64,000 nucleotides of DNA from an uncultured archaeon. Lineage in GTDB: Archaea; Nanobdellota; Nanobdellia; Woesearchaeales; UBA9642. The position numbers and the translations under genes were made by a program. Positions 19,322-29,502 of the stretch are shown one piece after another. The stretch is from assembly GCA_963777125.1 (NCBI GenBank), contig CAVZPN010000024.1, forward strand, positions 6,596-70,595. The letters run 5' to 3'. Under the pieces are notes generated by a model. That model was not told the DNA's origin and did not search any database. It was given only the letters and a program-made list of their open reading frames with translations. The stretch's first letter is position 1; every line of letters begins with the position of its first letter.

Positions 19322-20995
19322 CTATTTATCTAATTTATAAAAATGCACTTTATTGCCTGCTAGACTCGTATATGCTAAAATATTATTACTGCTTATAGCC
19401 ATTGATCTAAGAGAGGCATATCCTCCTTCACAAGGATCTTCAGGATAAATGTGTGTTGCCAATTCACCATATCTTTGTCCACGAACATATCCTTGAATAC
19501 TTTGAGCGACTTCAGAAGATAATTTATTTACAGCATATAATACTCCTTGAGAACTTACACAATGATTGGAAGGAATTGCTGCACTGTATTCATCATTTCC
19601 TATCATTAAACGCGCGTTTGTATGAGCTTTTTCTGTAAAACTTTTATCCATAGAGAATATTTTTCTTGCATGCTTAAAATAAATATCATTATTAAAAATT
19701 GCAATTCTTGGATTAGAATTAAAATTGGCATTACTAGCACCGCCGTTAGGACTATATCGCAATTGTGAACCAATTATCTCTTTTCCATTACTTGCTATTA
19801 AAATATTATCATAGCATTTAGGCTCATAATTGGGTTGAATTGCAAAATAAAAAATACCATCATTAAAATTTGTCTGAAAGATTTCATTATAACTAGTTAA
19901 AATATCTTTATTCTTTAATAAATTAATGACATCAATATATTTACTTTCATTATCTGTTAACTCAGCTAAATTACTTGAAGAAAATCTTTTAGTTCCGTTA
20001 ACATATATTACGTTATCTTGACCAACAACCAAACTGCCATCAAAATCCATAATCATGCCTAAAGTCCCTCCAAATTGAGAAGGTATCTTAGTATTTGTAG
20101 AATTTAATAATAGCCCTTTATCAATATCATATATATTCAGAATCATATGTGAATAAGCAAATTCATTTTTACTATTAATTTCTCCACCTAATAGGACTAA
20201 TTTATTATCCGAAGTAAAATCAATAGCGTAAGGCACAATATCTAAATTTAATGTTTTATCAGCTAGTAAAATTGGCGTAGATATTGTGTGTCTTTCCTTT
20301 AATTGTTTATCAATCAATAAATGATTTTCTAAATTAGTTTTAGTACGAGATAATTCGCGATGAAAATTACAATTTAAATCCCACAAACTGCCATCAGACA
20401 TCTTTTCACCAGTTACAAAATCTAATCTCCATTTAAACTCTCTTTCTAAATATCCTAGTCCTAAATTATTATTAGAATCTAAAATCTTTGAACGAATTTC
20501 TTTTACACCAAAATTTACATCTCGAGCTTTTAATACTCCTGTCAACAACATACAATAGATATAATTATCAAATTTTTCATCAGGAGGTAATCCTTTTTGG
20601 CGCATTAAATTAGTATAATCATTAGAAGTTAAAGTAAATAGTTTCATAGAATTATCCATTAATTCGTTATTATCCATATTAGAAACGGTTTTACCAAGAA
20701 GTTTTTCAAGTCCTTCCAAAAAAGTATTTTCTTGCATAATAGATGTATATACTGCAAATACTGAACTAGATTTTAATTTATGCTCGGCAAAGTTATCGAT
20801 AAACATTTCATCATAAAATATTGAACTTAAATCTTCGATAGACATTTCTTTACCAGAATACTGTTTTAAAACAGGCACTAAAGTAGATACATTTTGATTA
20901 AATAACTCATCTTCAGAAAATCTTTTTGAATAATCTAATATTCCTGCTCTTATTTGTTCAATCTCATTAAATGACAATTTCATTTTATCCCCCAA
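19322..20995 (-). CDS. Hypothetical protein, possible C-terminal beta-propeller
   Basis: Long ORF with helical N-terminus and beta-repeat-like C-half ending SMAISSNNILAYT...KVHFYKL; likely start ATG 20983. Confidence 0.65.
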   Translation of the reverse strand: MGDKMKLSFNEIEQIRAGILDYSKRFSEDELFNQNVSTLVPVLKQYSGKEMSIEDLSSIFYDEMFIDNFAEHKLKSSSVFAVYTSIMQENTFLEGLEKLLGKTVSNMDNNELMDNSMKLFTLTSNDYTNLMRQKGLPPDEKFDNYIYCMLLTGVLKARDVNFGVKEIRSKILDSNNNLGLGYLEREFKWRLDFVTGEKMSDGSLWDLNCNFHRELSRTKTNLENHLLIDKQLKERHTISTPILLADKTLNLDIVPYAIDFTSDNKLVLLGGEINSKNEFAYSHMILNIYDIDKGLLLNSTNTKIPSQFGGTLGMIMDFDGSLVVGQDNVIYVNGTKRFSSSNLAELTDNESKYIDVINLLKNKDILTSYNEIFQTNFNDGIFYFAIQPNYEPKCYDNILIASNGKEIIGSQLRYSPNGGASNANFNSNPRIAIFNNDIYFKHARKIFSMDKSFTEKAHTNARLMIGNDEYSAAIPSNHCVSSQGVLYAVNKLSSEVAQSIQGYVRGQRYGELATHIYPEDPCEGGYASLRSMAISSNNILAYTSLAGNKVHFYKLDK

Positions 20996-21086
20996 AGATG
21001 TGCTTAAATAGGTAAGCTTAGAAGCATTTTTAAAGGTTACTATAGGTTACTACTGAATAATAAATATTAATAACATTATATTATTA

Positions 21087-21728
21087 TCAATCTCCTTCCA
21101 ATTCTAACTTAAATTCATCCAAAAAATTAAATAGAAAATCTGTTCTTCTTTTAGCTATTTCTCGTGCTGTTTTAGTATGCATTCTATTCCCAACTTTAAG
21201 CAATCTCTCGTAAAATAAATCTAAAGCAAAAGAAGTTGTATCAGATTTACGATATTCACAAAATGGATCATCTAAATTATAAAAAGGCCTTTTCATTTGT
21301 CCTGCTGAAGAATAAGTTCGCATAATAGAAATAGCGCCTGTTGCTTCAAGTCCATCAGCATCCTGTAATATTTTTGATTCCAAAGAATCAGGAATTATTC
21401 CTTTACTAAATGAACACTCTAAAATACATGACTTAATAGGAAGTATTTTATTTTTTGGAAAAGAATCAATAGTATACAATATCTGTTCTGCTTTTTCTGC
21501 ACTCTCTTCTTGCGATTTATATCTATCAGGATGATCTTTTGGATACACTATTAAATCATGAAATAATGCTGCTGGCGTTAGAATATATAAATCTCCACCT
21601 TCAATTTTAGAAATTTTTTCTACGTTTGATAAAACTCGAAATGCATGTGCAAAATCATGAGAAACATCATCTTTAGAAATAATATCTTTAGCAATTTGAA
21701 TTAAATATGTTCTTAACTCAGTATTCAT
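21087..21728 (-). CDS. HD-domain phosphohydrolase (YedJ-like)
   Basis: SHDFAHAFRV, AALFHD, ILQDADGLEATGAI.I.R. Confidence 0.9.
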   Translation of the reverse strand: MNTELRTYLIQIAKDIISKDDVSHDFAHAFRVLSNVEKISKIEGGDLYILTPAALFHDLIVYPKDHPDRYKSQEESAEKAEQILYTIDSFPKNKILPIKSCILECSFSKGIIPDSLESKILQDADGLEATGAISIMRTYSSAGQMKRPFYNLDDPFCEYRKSDTTSFALDLFYERLLKVGNRMHTKTAREIAKRRTDFLFNFLDEFKLELEGD

Positions 21729-21858
21729 AAAGGTTAGGAAACTAGATTAATTTAAATAAGTTTCTTAAAGCTCAAATAAATAGATAATAAGCCCAATAAG
21801 AATAACAATAACAATAAATGCAACACAGTATAGAACATATAAGAGACATTAGGAAATA

Positions 21859-22701
21859 TTAAGAATATATTCTTTCAAACTTTAAAGTATAATCAGAAGA
21901 AAAATTCTTTAGTTTCATAAAATCTAACAATTTAGAAAATGACCCTAAAGTATTATTCGGAATAGATTCCATAATTATATTATTTTCAGGATTATGACTC
22001 CAAAAACTCTTTAATGCAGTATCAACTGGAAAAAGTTTATATCCATCTTTTGCTGGAACAAACACGTCTGTCCATACATGGCCTTCTTCATCAAGTATTT
22101 TTCCATCAACCCCTTTAGTAGGATAGCTTTTAGCATTACATAATGCACTAAAAAAAGTTTTAGATTCTTTACAATTACCAGAAAAATATCCTTGAGTCGC
22201 ATATTCATTAAACAATACAGATATTGGCTTTCCAATAGTATTTAACTCAGGCAACTGATGTTTACGAACAAAACCATAAAAAGTATATAATATTTTAATA
22301 GTACTTTTTTCTGTTCCTACAAGTTTATTTGCTAAATCACAAATTTCCTTGGGTGCTTTTTCCAAGAAATATTCTTGTATTGCAGGAGAAATATTATTTA
22401 AATGATTTATTGATAGAACATTATCTAAAGTATTAACATATTTTGTTTCAAAAATATATTTTCCTTTTTCTTTTAAAACTAAATTTTCTTCACAGAATAT
22501 TGCAGGATACAAGCGCGTTAATATATGATCTAATTTGGTGCTAGTTAAAATTAAATTTCTCTCTGTTTTTAATGTGGCCCTAATATTGCCTTGCATAGGA
22601 ATAAAAAGCGTATCCTTTGGAAATACAAGTACTTCGTCGTTATAATTACAAAAAGTTTTAGAGTTAGATACGGCGTTAGATATAATATAATCTGCTGACA
22701 T
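21859..22701 (-). CDS. Transglutaminase-like protein (no signal peptide)
   Basis: GNCKE...F.ALC, GHVWTDVF, PVDTA give a Cys-His-Asp triad. Start set at 22701 from promoter spacing. Confidence 0.8.
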   Translation of the reverse strand: MSADYIISNAVSNSKTFCNYNDEVLVFPKDTLFIPMQGNIRATLKTERNLILTSTKLDHILTRLYPAIFCEENLVLKEKGKYIFETKYVNTLDNVLSINHLNNISPAIQEYFLEKAPKEICDLANKLVGTEKSTIKILYTFYGFVRKHQLPELNTIGKPISVLFNEYATQGYFSGNCKESKTFFSALCNAKSYPTKGVDGKILDEEGHVWTDVFVPAKDGYKLFPVDTALKSFWSHNPENNIIMESIPNNTLGSFSKLLDFMKLKNFSSDYTLKFERIYS

Positions 22702-22720
22702 AATATATAGATAAAATAAC

Positions 22721-22740
22721 ATATTTATAAATATTACTAT
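22721..22740 (-). promoter_or_regulatory. BRE/TATA promoter, probably leaderless transcript
   Basis: ATAGTAATATTTATAAATAT, 20 bp from ATG 22701. Confidence 0.6.
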
Positions 22741-22883
22741 AATTAACTACTATAAAGTAATACTTAAATTCCTTTTATTAAAAACACATTAAATAATAGC
22801 ATAAAGAATAATTTAATATTCGCACTACCCACACAAGTCATCCTCACGTAGCCTATTTAAAGCAATCAGTAAACATTTTATAT

Positions 22884-25223
22884 ATGAGCGCAGATTCTAT
22901 TCTAGTTAATGTTAGTGAGGAATATATGAGAAAAGATACTACAACTAATCATATTGAGTATTTAAAAGATTTCACACCTCGATTATATCAAGAAAATATA
23001 TTCAATACTTGCACTAAATATAATACTTTAGTTGTGCTTCCAACTGGCGTTGGTAAAACAGCAATTTTTCTTATGATGGCAGCATTTAGACTTAACATGT
23101 ATCCTAATAGTAAAATTCTTCTTTTGGGTCCTACAAGACCATTAATTGATCAATACTCGCAAGTATTTGAAAAATATTTTAATATTGATAAATCTAAAAT
23201 TGCAATATTTACAGGTTTTGTTAGTCCTGAAAAACGCGCTGAAATATGGAAAAATGCTCAAATAATATTTTCTACACCACAAGGTCTTGAGAATGATATC
23301 TTATCAAATAAAATCGACATAAGCAATATTTCATTATTAGGCTTTGACGAATCTCACAGAGCAACTGGTGAATACTCATATAATTTTATTGCAAAGCAAT
23401 ACATGAAAAAAGCTCTTCATCCAAGAATCCTGGCCCTTACAGCAAGTCCTGGAACTGATCAAGAAACAATTAATGGAGTATGTCAAAATCTATTTATTGA
23501 AAAAATAGAAGTTAGAAGTACTAAAGACGAAGATGTTGCATCCTATGTTAAAGAGATAGATATAAAAAGAGTTTTTGTGGAATTACCTGATGAATTTTTG
23601 AATATTAAAAAACATTTAGATCTATGTTATAAATCTAAGATGAATGAATTAAAAAATCTTGGATTAGTCACAGATAATATTAGTTATTCTAAAAAAAATA
23701 TTTTAGGAATGCAAGCATCCATTCATGGAAAAATTTCTAGTGGAGAAAAAGATTTCGAATTAATGAAAGCTGCAAGTATGCTAGCTGAAGCAATTAAAGT
23801 TCATCATGCAATTGAACTAGTAGAGACTCAAGGAATTGAACCATTAAAGATGTATATGGATAAATTACAGCTAGAAGCAAAAGCTGGAAAAACTAAAGCC
23901 ACAGTTAATCTTGTTCGAGACATCAATTTTAGAAATGCGTATATTTTAACTGAAAAAGTTTTTGGCAAATTCGAACATCCTAAATTTATTGAATTAAAAA
24001 AAATAATTACTGAAGAACTAGATTCAAAAATGCCTGAAAATTTAAAAAAGAAAATAATTATATTTTCGCAATATCGTGATAGCGGCAGTAAGATTACTAA
24101 AGAATTAATGAGTTTAGGATTTAAAACAAAACTATTTGTTGGTCAAGCAAAAAAGAAAGACACAGGTTTAAGTCAGAAAAAACAAAAGGAAATGATTGAA
24201 CAATTCTCTAATAGCGATTTTAACATTCTAGTTTCAAGTAGTGTCGGTGAAGAAGGCCTTGATATTCCTCAAGTAGATTTAGTTATATTTTATGAACCGG
24301 TTCCTAGTGCCATTAGAAAAATTCAACGTTCTGGAAGAACAGGAAGACTTGAGGATGGAAGAATTATAATGCTTATAACTAAAGACACTATTGATGAAGT
24401 ATATTATCATGTTGCACGAAATAAAGAAAAAATGATGTATAAAAACATTAATACAATCACAAATAATTACAACAATGGCACAACTAACCTCATTAAAAAT
24501 GTTGAAAATAAAACTAAAACATTAATGGATTATCATGAAAAATCGCAAGATGCCAACTCTAAGACAAATACAGACATGACATTAGCAAAAGTTAAAATAT
24601 TTGCAGATTATCGTGAAAAAGGAAGTAATGTATTAAAAGAACTACTAGATAAAGTAGAATTAAATTTAGAAAAATTAGCAATTGGAGATTTCTTACTCAG
24701 CACAAGAGTTGCTGTAGAATATAAAACAGTACAAGATTTCGTTGATTCAATACTTGATGGTAGATTGCTTTCTCAATTAAAAGAACTAATTAAATATGAA
24801 AGACCAATAATTATAATTGAAGGTATAGAAGATATATATTCTGTTCGTAAAATTCATCCTAACAGCATTAGAGGTATGATTGCAACCATAACAGTTTCTT
24901 ACGGTATTCCATTAATACAGACAAGAAATGCTAAAGATACTGCTGAATACTTAATTAGTATTGCAAAACGTGAACAGATAAATGAGAAGAATGAAATACA
25001 GCACCATTATAAAAAACCCGAAAGCATTAAAGAACAACAAGAATACTTCATTTCAGCATTACCAAACATCGGCATGGGTGGAGCTAGACCATTACTCAAT
25101 CATTTTAAGAGTGTAAAAAACATCGTTAATGCAACAGAAAAAGAATTGCAAGATGTTGATTTAATTGGTCCAAAGAAATCAAAAACATTAAAAGAATTGT
25201 TTGATAAAGAATGGGATGAATAA
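22884..25223 (+). CDS. hef: Hef (FANCM-like SF2 helicase + ERCC4 nuclease + HhH)
   Basis: PRLYQ, LPTGVGKT, FDESHRA, LTASPG, EEGLDIP, QRSGRTGR; C-terminal DYRE, GDF, EYKT, DGRL..Q and LPNIG HhH. Confidence 0.95.
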   Translation: MSADSILVNVSEEYMRKDTTTNHIEYLKDFTPRLYQENIFNTCTKYNTLVVLPTGVGKTAIFLMMAAFRLNMYPNSKILLLGPTRPLIDQYSQVFEKYFNIDKSKIAIFTGFVSPEKRAEIWKNAQIIFSTPQGLENDILSNKIDISNISLLGFDESHRATGEYSYNFIAKQYMKKALHPRILALTASPGTDQETINGVCQNLFIEKIEVRSTKDEDVASYVKEIDIKRVFVELPDEFLNIKKHLDLCYKSKMNELKNLGLVTDNISYSKKNILGMQASIHGKISSGEKDFELMKAASMLAEAIKVHHAIELVETQGIEPLKMYMDKLQLEAKAGKTKATVNLVRDINFRNAYILTEKVFGKFEHPKFIELKKIITEELDSKMPENLKKKIIIFSQYRDSGSKITKELMSLGFKTKLFVGQAKKKDTGLSQKKQKEMIEQFSNSDFNILVSSSVGEEGLDIPQVDLVIFYEPVPSAIRKIQRSGRTGRLEDGRIIMLITKDTIDEVYYHVARNKEKMMYKNINTITNNYNNGTTNLIKNVENKTKTLMDYHEKSQDANSKTNTDMTLAKVKIFADYREKGSNVLKELLDKVELNLEKLAIGDFLLSTRVAVEYKTVQDFVDSILDGRLLSQLKELIKYERPIIIIEGIEDIYSVRKIHPNSIRGMIATITVSYGIPLIQTRNAKDTAEYLISIAKREQINEKNEIQHHYKKPESIKEQQEYFISALPNIGMGGARPLLNHFKSVKNIVNATEKELQDVDLIGPKKSKTLKELFDKEWDE

Positions 25224-25296
25224 TAACTAAATGCTTACTCCTTTATAGTGATGAACATAACATAACTTTTATAAATCACTAACCTATTCTATTTTT

Positions 25297-26238
25297 ATGA
25301 GTATTGAAGATATAACTCGAGAATTAAAAATTAAACCATACAAAAAATATGGTGACGAAATAACATATATATTCGCAGATATGTTAAAAAATACTGATAC
25401 ATGGAATGACGTTAAAATAGAAGAAGATGAACGACTTCTTGATTTTTTAAATGCATTCAATGATATAAAAATTGTAAACAATCTACCTGTATACGATCCT
25501 TCTAAACATATGCAAAAAGAATTCACAGGTTTTGTAAAAAATGAAAATCGACAAGAATTAAGTTTAAGCGAAGATCAAGAATTCTTTAAATATGCCAATT
25601 ATGCCTATATCCTAAATGGCACTACAAGATATATTCAGCACCATAAAATTACTGCATTTTTTAAAGAAAATTTTGTTTTCAAAATTAGTTCTAATCTTCC
25701 TGAATTCTTATCAAGACCTCCTGAACACTGGGCGGAAAATCCTGAAGAAATAGATTGGCATACTAGATATGCGCCACACGTAAGCTATAAAAGTAGACAA
25801 GCAGTATTCCATAATGACAATAATACTAGAATTTATGTTCAATTAAGTGATGAATTTAACGGTTTACCACCATTACTAAACATTACGGTTAACTCAACAA
25901 AAAAAGCATTATTCCATGACGGAACCGTAGGCAATAATACCATACAATTATGGATAAATCCTGAAAATACCTCAAGTCTAATTTATGAAGATTATTCTAA
26001 AGCATTAACAGAAATGCAAAAAGATCCTTATCTTTTCAATAATGCTAAAGAATTCCTAAAAACATTCGGAGAATTCTACATTGATACTCGTTCAGATATA
26101 ACGCATCCTATTGGACAAATATATTTTCCAAATAACATGCTTAAACCAAAAAATATAGATTATAGAAATATAGATAGCAATAGAATAAAATTATCTGAAA
26201 TTATAGATATAATACCTCATTACATAGAAAGAAAATAA
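25297..26238 (+). CDS. Hypothetical protein
   Basis: 313-aa ORF with upstream TATA (TTTATAAA); no motif recognised. Confidence 0.65.
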   Translation: MSIEDITRELKIKPYKKYGDEITYIFADMLKNTDTWNDVKIEEDERLLDFLNAFNDIKIVNNLPVYDPSKHMQKEFTGFVKNENRQELSLSEDQEFFKYANYAYILNGTTRYIQHHKITAFFKENFVFKISSNLPEFLSRPPEHWAENPEEIDWHTRYAPHVSYKSRQAVFHNDNNTRIYVQLSDEFNGLPPLLNITVNSTKKALFHDGTVGNNTIQLWINPENTSSLIYEDYSKALTEMQKDPYLFNNAKEFLKTFGEFYIDTRSDITHPIGQIYFPNNMLKPKNIDYRNIDSNRIKLSEIIDIIPHYIERK

Positions 26239-26239
26239 G

Positions 26240-27205
26240 ATGAACGAAGAAAGTAAGATAGACAAAAAAAGACGAAAATTCTTAGAATACAGCGTATTAG
26301 CTGCAATATGCACAACAAAAATAATACTAAAACGTGAATCGGATGCTAATTTAAAGAAAACTGATGACGAGATTAATCCTGCGCCAGTAAACATGCAATT
26401 AGATCAAAAAACTATGTCAGAAATATGGGGTCAATCCAACTATACTCCACACATTTTTGAAACTAATATAAATGAAATTCAACATAAAAGTTTAGGCGTT
26501 AGTCACACAAGAAAATTTGCGCAAATATATTATGATACACTAGAAGAATTAGTTAAAAACTCTAAATACGTTATCTCTGAAGGTGGACCAGAACATTTAG
26601 AAAAAGAATATGTATTCAATGATGCCAAAGCATATTTTGGAACTATAATCAAATTATGTCAACGATATCATAAACCACTAATATTTACGGATCCCTTAAC
26701 AACAACTATAGAAAAATCTGAATTAGCATTATTTATGGTCGCTATGGCTGGAATAACACTAAATAATAAACAAACAGCCTCAAGAAGAACAATAATAAAA
26801 AATGTAGTAAAGGCAGGACTAGCATATTTAAGTATAGGCTCAAGTATAGAAAATTATATTAAAACACCCTTAGATTATGAAACATATTTTAATAGTATTG
26901 GAGCGCAAAAAGCCAGATATTTTAGTGCGATAGATCAAAGAAATGTAGAACTAACTAGAAGAATAACTGCATTATCAAAAGTATTACCACAAAAATATAC
27001 TAATGGAAATTATGTTCTATTTACCTACGGCAAATTACACACAGCAGGCATAGAATATTATCTAAAACATCCAAATATATTACAAGCAAAACATCTTCTT
27101 TATGCATCAAATTATAATCTAATAGATAATGACGATGTTAAAGAATATTCTTGGAACAATAACAGCTGGAATATGAAACCAATACAATTAACACTTAATC
27201 AATAA
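26240..27205 (+). CDS. TraB/GumN (EreA/ChaN-like superfamily)-like protein with RRxFL leader
   Basis: LGVSH, VISEG, QRNVEL and FTYGKLHTAGIEYYL resemble TraB-family motifs; KRRKFL at the N-terminus. Confidence 0.55.
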   Translation: MNEESKIDKKRRKFLEYSVLAAICTTKIILKRESDANLKKTDDEINPAPVNMQLDQKTMSEIWGQSNYTPHIFETNINEIQHKSLGVSHTRKFAQIYYDTLEELVKNSKYVISEGGPEHLEKEYVFNDAKAYFGTIIKLCQRYHKPLIFTDPLTTTIEKSELALFMVAMAGITLNNKQTASRRTIIKNVVKAGLAYLSIGSSIENYIKTPLDYETYFNSIGAQKARYFSAIDQRNVELTRRITALSKVLPQKYTNGNYVLFTYGKLHTAGIEYYLKHPNILQAKHLLYASNYNLIDNDDVKEYSWNNNSWNMKPIQLTLNQ

Positions 27206-27236
27206 TATTTATAAAATAAAGATCAGGTGATTTAAT

Positions 27237-27638
27237 ATGCCTAATAAAAAAGAAAAAGCATTAAGAGACATAGTAAACACAGAAATAAATAAGATACAAA
27301 AAAAGGCAGAAGAAAGAATTAAATTAGTAGAATATTCTAAAATAATTTTTGATATAAATTATAAACAAATAAAAGAAGCAAATCCTAAATATGGAAATGA
27401 TGACGTAGAATTATTCTTAATAACAAAAGAAAAAGTTGAAAAATTAATAACCCTAACTAACTCTAACTACTTTATACATTTAAATAAGAATGAAGATCAA
27501 AAAGAATTAGAAACAATTGCGGAATGGACTACTGTTGTAGGTGCTGATGAACCAAGTCTTGGATATCATAGAAGATTAAATGAATTAGGGAGAGGACTAA
27601 TGATTGGATGGCAAGAATATAAACGCACATTTAACTAA
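27237..27638 (+). CDS. Hypothetical protein
   Basis: AGGTGA RBS; 133 aa. Confidence 0.65.
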   Translation: MPNKKEKALRDIVNTEINKIQKKAEERIKLVEYSKIIFDINYKQIKEANPKYGNDDVELFLITKEKVEKLITLTNSNYFIHLNKNEDQKELETIAEWTTVVGADEPSLGYHRRLNELGRGLMIGWQEYKRTFN

Positions 27639-27645
27639 AAATAAG

Positions 27646-28473
27646 TTATTCTCTCTCATAAACTTCTTTTTGATAATATTCTCTCAATAATAAAATTAAC
27701 TGTTTTGTTATCGGACCAACTTCTCGATTAATATCTTCATTAATTTGTCTTATAGGCAAAATACTCATACTCGTACTACTGATAAAAAATTCATCATAAT
27801 CATTTAAATTACTATAAGATATCTCTTCTTCAACTACATTAATATTATTAGCTCTAGCTAACTCTAATACTATTTTACGAATTACACCTTCTAAAACTTT
27901 TGATGAGGGCGCCGTATAAAGAATATTATTTTTTACTGCAAAAAAATTAGTACGAGTCCCTTCCGATAAAAAGCCGTTTGAATCAACGAGTAATGCATCA
28001 TGAGCATTATGCCTTGTAGCTTCCCTATAAGCTAAAAAATTTAGTAATAAATTTTTTGATTTGGATTCAGGAACTAACCTTTCACCAACGTAAGTTATAA
28101 CTTTGATTCCGGAATTATATTCTTTAGAACTATAAAATGTAAGGCCTACAGGAAACAAAAATAGTAAAGGTTTTTCATCACTCGATGCTGCGCCAATAAG
28201 TAACATTCTTATTAAAGAGTCTTTAAGATTATTTTTCTCAATTAGAAGATCAATCCACGAAATAATCTCGTCTTGTGTAAACGGATGAATTAATTCTAAA
28301 ACACGCGCTGATTCGAGTAATCTTGCAACATGAAACTTAGGGAAAAATGATTTACCTTTCACTATCTTCATAGAATCATACACTGCAAAATCAAAAAATA
28401 ATGCTTTATTAAATACAGAAATATTAGCAGAATCTTTAGGTACGATCTCGCCATTAATTATTACAAAAGACAT
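27646..28473 (-). CDS. Aminotransferase class IV (branched-chain/D-amino acid type)
   Basis: H.ARLLESA, SKS.N Lys, SEGTRTNFF, VLEGVIR, DEFFISST. Confidence 0.9.
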   Translation of the reverse strand: MSFVIINGEIVPKDSANISVFNKALFFDFAVYDSMKIVKGKSFFPKFHVARLLESARVLELIHPFTQDEIISWIDLLIEKNNLKDSLIRMLLIGAASSDEKPLLFLFPVGLTFYSSKEYNSGIKVITYVGERLVPESKSKNLLLNFLAYREATRHNAHDALLVDSNGFLSEGTRTNFFAVKNNILYTAPSSKVLEGVIRKIVLELARANNINVVEEEISYSNLNDYDEFFISSTSMSILPIRQINEDINREVGPITKQLILLLREYYQKEVYERE

Positions 28474-28550
28474 TTTTCACCTCTTAAAACAGCAAATAAA
28501 TATATACTCACTAAATACATAGTAGATATTAAATACGCAGTAAATATTAT

Positions 28551-29144
28551 TTAATATTTCTTCTTTAATATTTCTTTGTATATTTCATTAACATCTTTAT
28601 ATAATTTAGAATCTTCAAGTCGCGTAAATACTTCATCATTGTTTATTAAAAAATCCGCTTGTACAAGACACATTCCTACTTGTTGACCATTTAAGGGTTC
28701 ATTAAATCCTCTATCTCTTGCATCTGCAATTACAAATTTATCAGTATTTAATAATTCTGCATCACGATTTCTTGCTTGAATTCTATGCCATCTTACTTCA
28801 AAAGGTGCATCAACACCAATTAAGGTAAAATTAGAATTCTCTCTTAAATATACTATTTCATCAACATTTCGTATGCCGACAATTATTAATGGAATATCAT
28901 AAGAATCATATTTTTTTAATGCTCTTACTGCAAGTACTGAACCGCCTTCATTTTTTCGCAATTCATTACCTAAGTCCTGTTGACTGCTACGAGTTATTTC
29001 AAGACCACGTAATGTTAATTCATCTCGACAGACTTCTCCAAGACTAATTAAGTGACATCCTTTTGTTTTAAGTATTGCTGCAACTACATCTTTTCCAGAA
29101 CATATTGTTCCACTAATTCCTATAACTAATTTTTTTTGTTTCAT
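28551..29144 (-). CDS. P-loop nucleotide kinase (dephospho-CoA kinase/UPF0200-like)
   Basis: GISGTICSGKD Walker A, GNELRK..G, GIRN..E, VDAP.EVR..R, ADFLINND. Confidence 0.8.
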   Translation of the reverse strand: MKQKKLVIGISGTICSGKDVVAAILKTKGCHLISLGEVCRDELTLRGLEITRSSQQDLGNELRKNEGGSVLAVRALKKYDSYDIPLIIVGIRNVDEIVYLRENSNFTLIGVDAPFEVRWHRIQARNRDAELLNTDKFVIADARDRGFNEPLNGQQVGMCLVQADFLINNDEVFTRLEDSKLYKDVNEIYKEILKKKY

Positions 29145-29356
29145 TTTTTATTTTTGGCCGCAAATTTTACATCTTCAGCTTTAATTGTTTTTCGACCAGC
29201 ATGTATTGATAATTCTGCTGCAGCCTTTGCAAGTTCAAGACCTTTTTCTTCTAAATATAATCTCAATTCTTCCTTTGCAGGCTCGCTTACACGAATATCT
29301 GAAGATCCTTTTTTTAAAATCTTTTCCATAGCTGCTAACGGCAATATTTTACTCAT
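29141..29356 (-). CDS. Archaeal histone (HMf-like)
   Basis: LPLAAMEKILKK...RVSE.AK...AK.A.ELS.HAGRKTIKAEDV; GAGGGTGA RBS before ATG 29356. Confidence 0.93.
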   Translation of the reverse strand: MSKILPLAAMEKILKKGSSDIRVSEPAKEELRLYLEEKGLELAKAAAELSIHAGRKTIKAEDVKFAAKNKK

Positions 29357-29502
29357 GAAATCACCCTCAAATTCCAAAACAAGTTATAATAAGTACTATT
29401 ATAATATTATAAGCACTATTATATTATTAACAATCTAGAATCGCCTATTTAAAGATTACGGAATATAAAAAAATTTAAATAGAATACTAAGTTAATCTAA
29501 AT

